In this document: one piece after another, positions 40,037 to 49,029 of the stretch
How positions within the stretch are numbered: the stretch's first letter is position 1
Layout: each line of letters starts with the position of its first letter
Assembly: GCA_044229445.1 (NCBI GenBank)
Contig: JBGASX010000015.1
Span: forward strand, 3,753 to 67,752
Source of the DNA: Gemmatimonadales bacterium
Lineage (GTDB): Bacteria; Gemmatimonadota; Gemmatimonadetes; Gemmatimonadales; GWC2-71-9
Length of the DNA stretch: 64,000 nucleotides
Direction of reading: 5' to 3'
The notes under the pieces: model-generated
Databases searched by the model: none
What the model saw: the letters and a program-made list of their open reading frames with translations, nothing else
Told to the model about the DNA's origin: nothing
Made by a program: the position numbers and the translations under genes

Positions 40037-41418
40037 TCGGCGGCGGCGCGGCCGGACTGACGGCCGCGCTCGGCGTACGGCGCCACGAACACCACGTCAC
40101 CCTGTTCGAGGCGGGTGACCGGGTCGGCGGCGTGATCAAGACGGTGCAGCAGGACGGCTTCCTGGCCGATCTCGGCCCGAACTCCATGCTCGCCCCGCCG
40201 CCGGCCGTCCGCTCGCTGCTGCGCGATCTCGGCGTGAGCCAGTTCCAGCTCAACTCGAGTCCGGCCGCGCGCCGCCGCTACGTGATCCGGGGCGGTCGCC
40301 CGCTGGCGATGCCGGCCTCTGGGCTGGCATTCCTCACGACGTCGCTACTGTCCTTCCGGTCGAAGCTCCGGCTGCTTGCCGAGCCGTTCAACAAGTCCCG
40401 GCCAACCAGTGCGGAAGAGAGTCTTGCCGGTCTGGTCCGGCGCCGGCTCGGGCAGGACCTGGTGGACTACGCGCTCAATCCGCTCGTCGCTGGCGTGTAC
40501 GCCGGGGACCCCGAGCAGCTCTCCTCGATTCACTCGATGCCGATCCTCGGCTCCCTCGAGGCTCGCTATGGCTCGCTGCTCGGCGGCGCCATCCGGATGA
40601 TGCGGGAGCGCCGCAGCGATCGGAAGGAACCCGAGGGCAAGCTGTTCTCCTTCCAGGAAGGCATGGAGACGCTTCCCAAGTCGCTCGCGAGCCGACTGGC
40701 CCCGGACATCAGACTGCGTACCAAGGTCACCAAGCTCACCCCGATCGAGGGCTCGTGGCTGCTGACCCTCGAAGGTCCCGAGGGCTCGGTGCGCCAGCTC
40801 TTCGACGCCGTGATCTGTGCGTCGCCCGCGCATGCCCTCGCCACCATGGAGTTCGAGGGTCGCGAACTCGAGGCGTGGCGGAGCCTCGAGCAGGTGCGGT
40901 ACACGCCGGTGGCGGTGGTGGTGAGCGGGTACCGTCGCGAAGACGTGGCCCACCCCCTCGACGGCTTCGGCGCGCTGGTGCCCGAGGTCGAGAAGCGCCA
41001 GACGCTCGGGACCCTCTTCTCCTCGACGCTGTTCCCGGGCCGGGCCCCCGACGGTCACGTGACTTTCACGACCTTCGTCGGTGGCGCACGGCAGCCCGAA
41101 CTCGCGCTGGCAGGAGAGGATACCATCACCGCCGCGGTCGAGCGCGACCTTCGCGATCTCCTCGGCGTGCGGGGCACTCCGGTCTTCCGGGTCGTGCAGG
41201 TCTGGCCGCGCGCGATCCCCCAGTACAACATCGGCTATTCGACCTACAAGGCAGCGATGGACCGGATCGAGGACGCGAACCCCGGCCTGTTCCTCGCTGG
41301 CAGCTATCGCAACGGCGTCTCGGTCGGTGACGTCATGACCTCCGGGGCGCTCGCGGCGCAGGCCGCGCATTCGCTGCTCGGGCCGGCGGGCGCCGTCGGC
41401 GTGGAGTTGCCCGCGTGA
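40018..41418 (+). CDS. hemY: protoporphyrinogen oxidase, FAD-dependent (HemY/PPOX type)
   Basis: ORF 39976..41418 trimmed to ATG 40018. Contains the FAD dinucleotide motif [14 protein letters not shown], then [13 protein letters not shown] and the C-terminal block [20 protein letters not shown]. It overlaps the hemL 3' end by 19 nt. Confidence 0.85.
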   Translation: MANIAVVGGGAAGLTAALGVRRHEHHVTLFEAGDRVGGVIKTVQQDGFLADLGPNSMLAPPPAVRSLLRDLGVSQFQLNSSPAARRRYVIRGGRPLAMPASGLAFLTTSLLSFRSKLRLLAEPFNKSRPTSAEESLAGLVRRRLGQDLVDYALNPLVAGVYAGDPEQLSSIHSMPILGSLEARYGSLLGGAIRMMRERRSDRKEPEGKLFSFQEGMETLPKSLASRLAPDIRLRTKVTKLTPIEGSWLLTLEGPEGSVRQLFDAVICASPAHALATMEFEGRELEAWRSLEQVRYTPVAVVVSGYRREDVAHPLDGFGALVPEVEKRQTLGTLFSSTLFPGRAPDGHVTFTTFVGGARQPELALAGEDTITAAVERDLRDLLGVRGTPVFRVVQVWPRAIPQYNIGYSTYKAAMDRIEDANPGLFLAGSYRNGVSVGDVMTSGALAAQAAHSLLGPAGAVGVELPA

Positions 41419-42428
41419 AGCTCGCCATTCCTTCTGAGCCGGCGCGCTCCGCGCCGCGCGAGCCCGCCGTCGTGCCGGCAGTCACCCAGTCGGAGTCCTC
41501 GGCACGGATCGAGGCCCTGCTGGTCGGCCGAGAACTGCTGGCGCGGAAGGCCCGCTCCTTCAATCTCGCGACGTCCTGGCTGCCGGCCGATCTGCGCGAT
41601 GACATCGCGATTCTGTACGCCTTCTGCCGGCTGGCGGACGATCTGGCCGACGAGTCGGCGACGCGCACCGAGGCCGATGCCGCGCTGACGCGCCTCGAGG
41701 CGGAACTGCTGGGCGATCGGCCGCAACGTGCCGTCATCATCGCGCTGCGCGGCCTTGCACGCCGGCATGGCTTTCCTCTGTCGCACGCCCACGCGCTGCT
41801 GGACGGTGTGCGGACCGACCTCGACCTGGTGCGAATCGAGGACGATGTCCAGCTGCTGGACTACTCCTATCTGGTGGCTTCCACGGTCGGGTTGATGCTG
41901 AGCCGCATCCTCGGCGTGCGCGACACCGAGGCAGAACCGCACGCGATCGATCTCGGCCTCGCCATGCAGCTGACGAACATCGTCCGTGACATCCGGGAGG
42001 ATGCGGAGCGCGGCCGGGTCTACCTCCCGCGCACCAGGCTCGCGGCGCACGGGATCACGCCGGAGCAGGTGATCGCCGGCACGGCCCCGCGTGCGGCGTT
42101 ACGTCAGGTCTGTCTCGAGGTCCTCGGGCTGGCGGATCGCTACTACGCGAGCGCGGAGCAGGGCTTCCGGTTCATTCCGCTCCGGGCGCGTTTCGGCGTC
42201 GCGGTGGCGGCCCGAGTCTATGCCTCCATCGGCTGGCGCATCCGGCGGACGGGGCACCACCCGCTCGACGGCCGCATGGTCGTCCCCTCCGCGGAAAAGC
42301 TCGGACGCATTGGTCAGGCGGTCGCGGTCTCGCTCCGGTGGTCGCTCGGCCCGCAGGGTCCGGCGCGGCATGACCGCACGCTGCACCTGGCCCTCCGCGC
42401 CGATGATGGAACTGGCCGTCGCCCGTGA
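41415..42428 (+). CDS. crtB: phytoene synthase
   Basis: 337-aa ORF with a GTG start and a GTGA overlap on the hemY stop. Squalene/phytoene synthase Asp-rich motifs are present (YAFCRLADDLADE and NIVRDIREDAERGRVYLP). Confidence 0.9.
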   Translation: MKLAIPSEPARSAPREPAVVPAVTQSESSARIEALLVGRELLARKARSFNLATSWLPADLRDDIAILYAFCRLADDLADESATRTEADAALTRLEAELLGDRPQRAVIIALRGLARRHGFPLSHAHALLDGVRTDLDLVRIEDDVQLLDYSYLVASTVGLMLSRILGVRDTEAEPHAIDLGLAMQLTNIVRDIREDAERGRVYLPRTRLAAHGITPEQVIAGTAPRAALRQVCLEVLGLADRYYASAEQGFRFIPLRARFGVAVAARVYASIGWRIRRTGHHPLDGRMVVPSAEKLGRIGQAVAVSLRWSLGPQGPARHDRTLHLALRADDGTGRRP

Positions 42429-43368
42429 GCCGGTGACCGCGCCGCCGCGCGAGGCCACGCGCTGTCTCTGCTGCGGGGCGGCCGACGCGGATCCGGAGGT
42501 GGAGAGCAGGGTGCAGATGGGGGACGGCGCAGAGCACTTCACCTTCGTGCGCTGCACCGGATGCGGACTCGTGTTCCTCAATCCACGAGTCCCGGAGACC
42601 GAGATCGGGCGGTATTACGAGGACTACCTCCCGCATCGTGGACCGGAGGCCTGGGGGCGCTGGGCCCATCTGGTGCAGACGGCGGAGGCGCGAACCGACC
42701 GGGCACGGGTCCGCACAGTTCAGGGACTCGGACCGCTCTCGTCAGCCCACGCGGTCCTCGATGTTGGCTGCGGCCGCCCGAGCTTCCTCCGACTGCTCAA
42801 CGACCAGACCGGTGTCCGCGCTGTCGGTACCGATTTCGATGCGAGCGGCTGGACCCGCGAGCCGGGAGCATGGGAAGGGCTGTCGCTCCACGCGGGCGTG
42901 CTCGAGTCGCTGCCACTCGAGGGTCCCTTCGACCGGATCACCCTATGGCATGTGCTGGAGCACCTCTATCGGCCGGTCGAGACGCTCCGTCATCTGCGAA
43001 GCCTGACGCGGCCGGGCACGCTGATGGTGATCGAGGTGCCGGACCACAGCGGACTCACCCGGCGGCTCCAGGGGGACTGCTGGGCGGGGTATCACACGCC
43101 GCGGCATACGGCGGCGTATGCTCCCGCGACGCTCCGTCGCGTGCTGGAAGCGTCGGGATGGCAAGTTGTGAGGCAGTACCAGTGGGGCACACTGGATCCG
43201 TACGTCCTCTGGTGGCTGGGGCAGCAGGAGCGCCACGGTCGCGGGTTCAGGGGCTCGATGGAATCGCGGTTCGTGCCGTTCGTGCTGGGCAAGATTGCGA
43301 CTCTGCCGGTCACCCTGCTGCAGCGCTGGGTACCGTTGGGATTCCAGACCGCCATTGCGGTCGCTTGA
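42403..43368 (+). CDS. class I SAM-dependent methyltransferase with N-terminal CxxC...CxxC zinc-ribbon
   Basis: ORF 42091..43368 trimmed to ATG 42403 or 42406, overlapping the crtB 3' end by about 26 nt. Contains CLCCG...CTGCG, SAM motif I (VLDVGCGRPSFL) and ITLWHVLEHLYRP. Confidence 0.7.
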   Translation: MMELAVAREPVTAPPREATRCLCCGAADADPEVESRVQMGDGAEHFTFVRCTGCGLVFLNPRVPETEIGRYYEDYLPHRGPEAWGRWAHLVQTAEARTDRARVRTVQGLGPLSSAHAVLDVGCGRPSFLRLLNDQTGVRAVGTDFDASGWTREPGAWEGLSLHAGVLESLPLEGPFDRITLWHVLEHLYRPVETLRHLRSLTRPGTLMVIEVPDHSGLTRRLQGDCWAGYHTPRHTAAYAPATLRRVLEASGWQVVRQYQWGTLDPYVLWWLGQQERHGRGFRGSMESRFVPFVLGKIATLPVTLLQRWVPLGFQTAIAVA

Positions 43369-43384
43369 GGTCTGAGAGGACGCC

Positions 43385-44413
43385 GTGGGACACCAGTTTC
43401 CGTTTTCGGCGATCGTCGGTCAGGATGACATGAAGCTGGCGCTGCTCATCGCTGCGGTGGATCCCAGCGTGGGCGGCGTGATGGTCTTCGGGGACCGCGG
43501 GACCGGGAAGTCCACGGCGGTGCGCGCCATGCCGGGCGTCCTGCCCCCGATGACCACGGTCACGGGGTGCCGCTACGGCTGCGACCCGGCCGCCAACGGC
43601 GCCCGCTGCGATGAGTGCCATGCCCGCGAGCAGGCCGGAGAGCGGCTTCGCCCGAAGAAGGTCCCAGCCCCGGTCGTCGACCTGCCGCTGGGGGCGACGG
43701 AGGATCGCCTCGTCGGCGCGCTCGACCTCGAGCGGGCCCTCGCCGTGGGGGAGAAGCACTTCGAGCCCGGACTGCTTGCCAAGGCGCATCGCGGCTTCCT
43801 CTATATCGATGAGGTCAACCTCCTCGAGGATCACCTCGTCGACCTCCTCCTCGACGTCGCCGCCAGCGGCGTAAATGTTGTCGAGCGCGAGGGGCTGAGC
43901 ATCCGCCACCCCGCGCGCTTCGTCCTGGTGGGGAGCGGGAACCCCGAGGAAGGCGACCTCCGGCCGCAGCTGCTCGACCGGTTCGGGCTGTCGGTCGAGG
44001 TGAAGACGCCGACGGATCTGGAGCAGCGCATGGAGGTCATCCGGCGTCGCGACGCCTTCGACCGGGACCCCGAGGCCTTCGTGGCGAGCTGGGCGGAGGC
44101 GGACCACAAGGTGCTCAAGCGACTGGAGCGGGCGAGGCGGCTGTTGCCCAAGGTGGTCATCCCGGAGAGTACGCTGCAGCTCGTGACCCGGCTGTGCATG
44201 CAACTCGGTACGGATGGCCTCCGCGGCGAGCTCACGCTGATGCGCGCTGCGCGCGGAGTGGCTGCGCTGGATGGTGCGCATGCGGTCACGGCCGCTCACT
44301 TGCGCCGGGTCGCGCCGCTGTCGCTCCGGCATCGACTGCGCCGAAACCCGCTCGATGACACCTCCGCCACGGCCCGGGTGGAGCGGGTGGTCGCCGAGGT
44401 GCTGCCCGCGTGA
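43385..44413 (+). CDS. bchI: magnesium chelatase ATPase subunit I
   Basis: 342-aa ORF (GTG start, GAGAGGA upstream) containing FPFSAIVGQDDMKLALL, the Walker A motif GDRGTGKST and YIDEVNLLEDHLVD. Confidence 0.95.
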   Translation: MGHQFPFSAIVGQDDMKLALLIAAVDPSVGGVMVFGDRGTGKSTAVRAMPGVLPPMTTVTGCRYGCDPAANGARCDECHAREQAGERLRPKKVPAPVVDLPLGATEDRLVGALDLERALAVGEKHFEPGLLAKAHRGFLYIDEVNLLEDHLVDLLLDVAASGVNVVEREGLSIRHPARFVLVGSGNPEEGDLRPQLLDRFGLSVEVKTPTDLEQRMEVIRRRDAFDRDPEAFVASWAEADHKVLKRLERARRLLPKVVIPESTLQLVTRLCMQLGTDGLRGELTLMRAARGVAALDGAHAVTAAHLRRVAPLSLRHRLRRNPLDDTSATARVERVVAEVLPA

Positions 44414-46125
44414 AGGCGAGTCAGGCGCTCGCGCTCCTGGCAGTGGATCCCGTCGGGCTTGGCGGGGCCGTCCTGCACGGCGCCTCCGGCCCGCGACGGG
44501 AGGCGCTGCTGAGGGAGTTCGATGCGCTGATCCCGGCCAGCTGGCCGCGCCGCCGGATTCCGGTCGGCATCGCGGCCGACCGACTGCATGGCGGACTCGA
44601 TCTCGCCGGGACGCTGGCGGCCGGGCGCCCGGTCTTCGAGGCGGGACTGCTGTCGGCGGCCCGGGGCGGGGTAATCACCCTCCCCATGGCCGAGCGGGCC
44701 TCCGCTACCATCGTGACCGGCCTGCTCGGGCTGCTGGATGGCGAGGGCGGCCGCGGCGGTGCCGCGCTGCTCGCGCTCGACGAGAGCCTGCCCGATGAGG
44801 CATCGACGCCCTCCGCGCTTCGGGAGCGGGTGGCCTTCTGGCTCGAGGTCGACGCGCCGGACCCCGAGCATCAGGCGGATGCTGCCGACCTCGGTACCGC
44901 GCCCCCATCGTGGCGGAGCGAGCACGGAGAGGCGATGGAAGCCGCACGCGCCCGGCTCGGGTCCGTGACGGTGCCCGAGCAAGCGGTGCGGGCCCTGTGT
45001 GAGGCGGCGCTCGCGCTGGGGACCGGGTCCACCCGCGGAGAGCAGTTTGCACTCCGGGCGGCTCGGGCCGCAGCGGCGCTGGACGGCCGCAACGCGGTCT
45101 CTGACGACGACCTCGCGCTCGCCGCCGCGCTGGTGCTCGGCCCGCGCGCCACGCGGGTGCCGGCGCCGCCTGAGGCTCCGCCGCCTCCAGAGCCGCCGCC
45201 GCCGGATGACTCCACCGAGCAGGCGGAACAGTCGGAGCCGCAACAGCAGCAGCTGCCCGACCGGATCCTGGCGGCGGTCGCCGCCGTGCTGCCCCCGGAG
45301 TTGCTCGCGGGGCTGACGCAGCAGGGTAGCGGTCAGGCGAGCGGGAAGGGGGCGCCCGCCGCGAAGACCCTGACGCACGGGCACCGGGTCGGCGCGCGTC
45401 CCGGGGATCCACGGCAGGGTGCGCGCCTTGATATCGTCGAGACGCTGCGCGCCGCCGCCCCATGGCAGCGCATCCGGAGCCGGCGGGCGGGACGACTCGC
45501 AGTGCGGAAGGATGACTTTCGCATCCAGAGGCTCCTGCATCGGACCGGGTCGACGGTCATCATCGCCGTCGACGCGTCGGGCTCGTCGGCGCTGCAGCGA
45601 CTGGGGGAGGCGAAGGGGGCGGTCGAACTGCTGCTTGCGGAGAGCTACGTGCGACGGGATCGGGTGGCGCTGATCAGCTTCCGGGGAACCAAGGCCGAAC
45701 TGATCCTGCCGCCCACCCGGTCACTGGCCCGCGCCAGGCGCACCCTCGCCGGTCTGCCAGGGGGCGGTGGAACGCCGCTCGCTGCCGCGTTCGCTGAAGG
45801 AGAGCGGCTCGCCCGGCAGGTGGCGCGCGAGCGGGACGGGGGGACGACGCTCTTCGTGGTGCTCACCGATGCCCGGGCGAACGTCGGCCTGGATGGCACG
45901 GGAGGGCGGCCCAAGGCGGAGGCCGATGCGGAACAGGCGGCGAAGTCGCTTCGGCTTGCGGGCGTTCCCAGTGTCTTCATCGACACCTCACCGCGGCCGT
46001 CGCCGTTTGCCGCCCAGCTCGCGCGCACCATGGGCGCCACCTACGTGGCGCTCCCGGTGGTGGATGCCCACAAGGTGTGCGCGGCGGTCCGGGGAGTGAC
46101 GGCAGCCATGGAGCGAAGCGCATGA
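44410..46125 (+). CDS. bchD: magnesium chelatase subunit D
   Basis: 571-aa ORF with a GTGA overlap on the bchI stop. It has an AAA-like N-half, an acidic/Pro linker (PPEAPPPPEPPPPDDSTEQAEQSEPQQQQ) and a C-terminal vWA domain with MIDAS motif (VDASGSS). Confidence 0.93.
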   Translation: MKASQALALLAVDPVGLGGAVLHGASGPRREALLREFDALIPASWPRRRIPVGIAADRLHGGLDLAGTLAAGRPVFEAGLLSAARGGVITLPMAERASATIVTGLLGLLDGEGGRGGAALLALDESLPDEASTPSALRERVAFWLEVDAPDPEHQADAADLGTAPPSWRSEHGEAMEAARARLGSVTVPEQAVRALCEAALALGTGSTRGEQFALRAARAAAALDGRNAVSDDDLALAAALVLGPRATRVPAPPEAPPPPEPPPPDDSTEQAEQSEPQQQQLPDRILAAVAAVLPPELLAGLTQQGSGQASGKGAPAAKTLTHGHRVGARPGDPRQGARLDIVETLRAAAPWQRIRSRRAGRLAVRKDDFRIQRLLHRTGSTVIIAVDASGSSALQRLGEAKGAVELLLAESYVRRDRVALISFRGTKAELILPPTRSLARARRTLAGLPGGGGTPLAAAFAEGERLARQVARERDGGTTLFVVLTDARANVGLDGTGGRPKAEADAEQAAKSLRLAGVPSVFIDTSPRPSPFAAQLARTMGATYVALPVVDAHKVCAAVRGVTAAMERSA

Positions 46126-46913
46126 CCGACGAAGCTCTCACCCCGCCGCGCTGGTCCAGCGTGGCGCAGGCCGCGACGCTGGTCGTCATGTTCTGGTGGC
46201 TCGCCACCGGTCTCCTCTTAGGTCTTCCGCGCACGCCCCAGGGACTCGAGGCGGCCGCACTGGTGGCGTCGCTGATCGGCGGTTCGGGGATGGCGCTGGC
46301 GATCCTGCTGCGCCATGACGATTCGCCCGCCGCGGCATGGTGGGGCTTTCTGGCCGGCGGAACCCTGTGGGGTTGGGTGCAGGCGGCGTTGTATGGCGGC
46401 TGGCTGGTGGGGCCGGGCGCTCCGCTCCGGATGACGATGCCCCCGAGCCGGCTGGCGGAGGCGTTCGAGGCGCTGCGCTCGACCGCATGGAGCGATCTCG
46501 CCTCTCTGGGCGTCGTGGTGGTGACGGCGTGTCTCGCGGTTGGCGCGAAGAACCGGATGCCGTTCTGGACGGTGCTGCTGTTCTGGAGCGCGCACCAGGT
46601 CGCACGGCTGAACGTCTTCTTCGGGGTCGCGAACCCGGGGGCCAACCTGCTGCCGGAGCACCTCGCGTTCCTCAAGCAGTTCATCGGTCCCGCGAGCAAC
46701 AGTCCGCTGCTTCCCGTCAGCGTGCTGCTCTGGCTGGGCATCGCGGTCCTGCTGGCCCGCTGGGGCTGGCGGGCGGGAACCCTGTTTCACCGCCGGGCAG
46801 GGTTGGTGCTCGGCGTGCTGGCAGCGCTCGCGGCGCTGGAGCACATCTTCCTGGGATTGCCATCAAGTCTGCCGCTCTGGAATTCGTTCCTGTCGGGTAG
46901 AGCGGGGGGATAA
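46122..46913 (+). CDS. puhE: polytopic membrane protein, PuhE-like (putative photosynthetic complex assembly protein 2 / DUF3623)
   Basis: ORF 46077..46913 trimmed to ATG 46122, which forms an ATGA overlap with the bchD stop. It has about 7 TM helices. The block LLFWSAHQVARLNVFFGVANPG matches my memory of the DUF3623/PuhE signature. Confidence 0.6.
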   Translation: MTDEALTPPRWSSVAQAATLVVMFWWLATGLLLGLPRTPQGLEAAALVASLIGGSGMALAILLRHDDSPAAAWWGFLAGGTLWGWVQAALYGGWLVGPGAPLRMTMPPSRLAEAFEALRSTAWSDLASLGVVVVTACLAVGAKNRMPFWTVLLFWSAHQVARLNVFFGVANPGANLLPEHLAFLKQFIGPASNSPLLPVSVLLWLGIAVLLARWGWRAGTLFHRRAGLVLGVLAALAALEHIFLGLPSSLPLWNSFLSGRAGG

Positions 46914-46972
46914 CCCGAGTCAGCTCAGGGTGATGCGAGCGCGTAGATGCGCGTGCCTTATGGCTTTCTTAG

Positions 46973-47016
46973 TGTAAGCTTCACTTGACAGAAATTAACG
47001 TACGTCACAGTTTACA
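46973..47016. promoter_or_regulatory. bchC promoter region: tandem PpsR/CrtJ-type palindromes 8 bp apart, the first overlapping a TTGACA -35 hexamer
   Basis: TGTAAGCTTCACTTGACA (46973-46990) is a perfect TGT-N12-ACA palindrome and contains TTGACA at 46985-46990. After 8 bp comes CGTACGTCACAGTTTACA (46999-47016), which has one mismatch (CGT-N12-ACA). The sites lie in the AT-richest spacer of the cluster, about 55 nt upstream of the bchC TTG start. Confidence 0.6.
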
Positions 47017-47070
47017 GTCGTTCAGTTCGACCCCATCGGCCATGGCAGTTCCCTGGCGCCGAGGAGCCCA

Positions 47071-48015
47071 TTGCAGACAACCGCCGTCGTCATCGAAGAA
47101 CCGGAGCGTCTTGCGCTCCGCCGTTTGGAGTTGATCGAACCGGGCGAAGCAGATGTTGTGGTGTCGGTGCAATGGAGCGGGATCAGCACTGGTACGGAGC
47201 GCCTGCTGTACACGGGGCGCATGCCGCCATTCCCCGGGTTGGGGTATCCCCTCGTCCCGGGGTACGAAGCTGTCGGCCGAGTGATCGAAGCGAATCCCCA
47301 ATCGGGTCGGCAGGTGGGCGAGCGGGTGTTCATCGCCGGAGCGCGCTGCTTCGAGGGTGTGCACAGCCTGTTCGGATCGACGGCGGGCACGCTGGTGGTT
47401 CCCGGCGCTCGAGCACTCCCGATCGCGAATGCCATTGGTCCCGACGGAGTGCTGCTCGCACTGGCGGCGACGGCGCTGCATGCAGGGTGGGGTGCTGGCG
47501 GTGTTGCGCCGGATCTGATCGTGGGACATGGCGCATTCGGGAGGCTGCTCGCGCGGCTGGCGGTGGCGCTCGGGGGCAGCGCTCCACCGACAGTGTGGGA
47601 AGTGAATCCGGCGCGGCGGGGTGGCGCGGTCGGCTACTCGGTCATCGATCCCTCAGAGGACCGAAGGCGGGATTACCGGTCGATCTACGATGCCAGCGGC
47701 GAGGGGCGATTGCTGGACGAACTGATCGGCCGCCTGGCTCCTCGAGGAGAAATCGTGCTGGCGGGATTCTACCACCAGCCGCTGACGTTCGACTTTGTGC
47801 CGGCCTTCCTGCGCGAGACCCGTATCCGCGTGGCGGCCGAGTGGAAGCCCGACGATCTGCAGCGGGTGGTCGGGCTGGCGAATAGCGGGGCGCTCCGTCT
47901 GGACGGCATCATCACCCATCGAGTTCCGGCCGGCGATGCTCTGCGTGCGTACCCCGAAGCGTTTTCTGATCCGAACTGTGTCAAGATGATCCTCGACTGG
48001 CGGGAGGCCGCGTGA
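47071..48015 (+). CDS. bchC: 3-hydroxyethyl bacteriochlorophyllide a dehydrogenase
   Basis: 314-aa ORF with a TTG start and GAGGAG 4 nt upstream. It belongs to the MDR/zinc-ADH-like family: GISTGTERLLYTGRMPPFPGLGYPLVPGYEAVGRV. Confidence 0.9.
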   Translation: MQTTAVVIEEPERLALRRLELIEPGEADVVVSVQWSGISTGTERLLYTGRMPPFPGLGYPLVPGYEAVGRVIEANPQSGRQVGERVFIAGARCFEGVHSLFGSTAGTLVVPGARALPIANAIGPDGVLLALAATALHAGWGAGGVAPDLIVGHGAFGRLLARLAVALGGSAPPTVWEVNPARRGGAVGYSVIDPSEDRRRDYRSIYDASGEGRLLDELIGRLAPRGEIVLAGFYHQPLTFDFVPAFLRETRIRVAAEWKPDDLQRVVGLANSGALRLDGIITHRVPAGDALRAYPEAFSDPNCVKMILDWREAA

Positions 48016-49025
48016 CCGCTCCAGCAGGCAATACACAGGGCCCGATTCAACTGATGCACAACAACCTTCGTGCCGAGGCTGCCGAGGACGCCCAGACGGT
48101 GGTTCCGACCCCGGTGACCAAGGAGACGCAGATCATCGCGATCTACGGCAAGGGCGGGATCGGCAAGAGCTTCACGCTGGCGAACCTGTCGTACATGATG
48201 GCGCAGCAGGGGAAGAAGGTCCTGCTCATCGGCTGCGATCCCAAAAGCGATACGACGAGTCTCCTGTTCGGCGGCAAGGCCTGCCCCACCATCATCGAAG
48301 TCTCCTCGAAGAAGAAGCTCGCCGGTGAGCAGGTCTCCATCGGAGATGTCTGCTTCAAGCGTGACGGGGTCTTCGCCATGGAACTCGGGGGCCCGGAGGT
48401 TGGCCGGGGATGCGGCGGCCGCGGGATCATCCACGGGTTCGAGACGCTGGAGAAGCTCGGCTTCCACGAGTGGGGCTTCGATTTCGTGCTGCTGGACTTC
48501 CTGGGCGACGTGGTCTGCGGTGGCTTCGGCCTCCCGATCGCCCGCGACATGTGCCAGAAGGTCATCGTCGTCGCTTCGAACGACCTGCAGTCGCTCTACG
48601 TCGCCAACAATGTCTGCTCCGCGGTGGAGTACTTCCGCAAGCTGGGCGGCAACGTCGGCGTGGCCGGCGTCGTGATCAACAAGGACGACGGCACTGGCGA
48701 GGCGGCGGCCTTTGCGGAGGCCGCCGGCATCCCGATCCTCGCCGCGATCCCGGCCAACGAGGACATCCGGCGCAAGAGTGCGAACTACGAGATCGTCGGC
48801 CTGCCCGGTGGGGAATGGGCGCCGCTCTTCGAGGAGCTCGCGACCAACGTCGCGGAGGCTCCTCCGGTCCGTCCCAAGCCGCTGACCCAGGACACGCTGC
48901 TCGGCCTCTTCAGCGGCGAGACGGTCGGTCGGAACGTCGTGCTCCAGCCCGCGACGATGGAAGACATGTGCGGCAAGTCCGAGATCCAGCGCGAATCCCT
49001 TGAAGTCGTCTACGACACGGTGTGA
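48012..49025 (+). CDS. bchX: chlorophyllide a reductase iron protein subunit X
   Basis: 337-aa ORF with a GTGA overlap on the bchC stop. NifH-like motifs are present: IIAIYGKGGIGKSFT, CDPKSDTT and the cluster Cys residues in GCGGRG / DVVCGGFG. Confidence 0.95.
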   Translation: MTAPAGNTQGPIQLMHNNLRAEAAEDAQTVVPTPVTKETQIIAIYGKGGIGKSFTLANLSYMMAQQGKKVLLIGCDPKSDTTSLLFGGKACPTIIEVSSKKKLAGEQVSIGDVCFKRDGVFAMELGGPEVGRGCGGRGIIHGFETLEKLGFHEWGFDFVLLDFLGDVVCGGFGLPIARDMCQKVIVVASNDLQSLYVANNVCSAVEYFRKLGGNVGVAGVVINKDDGTGEAAAFAEAAGIPILAAIPANEDIRRKSANYEIVGLPGGEWAPLFEELATNVAEAPPVRPKPLTQDTLLGLFSGETVGRNVVLQPATMEDMCGKSEIQRESLEVVYDTV

Positions 49026-49029
49026 CCGC

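Noticed and set aside
47001-47016. A -10 hexamer to pair with the TTGACA at 46985-46990 in the bchC promoter.
   Set aside because: The hexamers at 16-18 nt spacing (CAGTTT, AGTTTA) match TATAAT poorly. I therefore report only the -35-like box and the palindromes, not a complete promoter.
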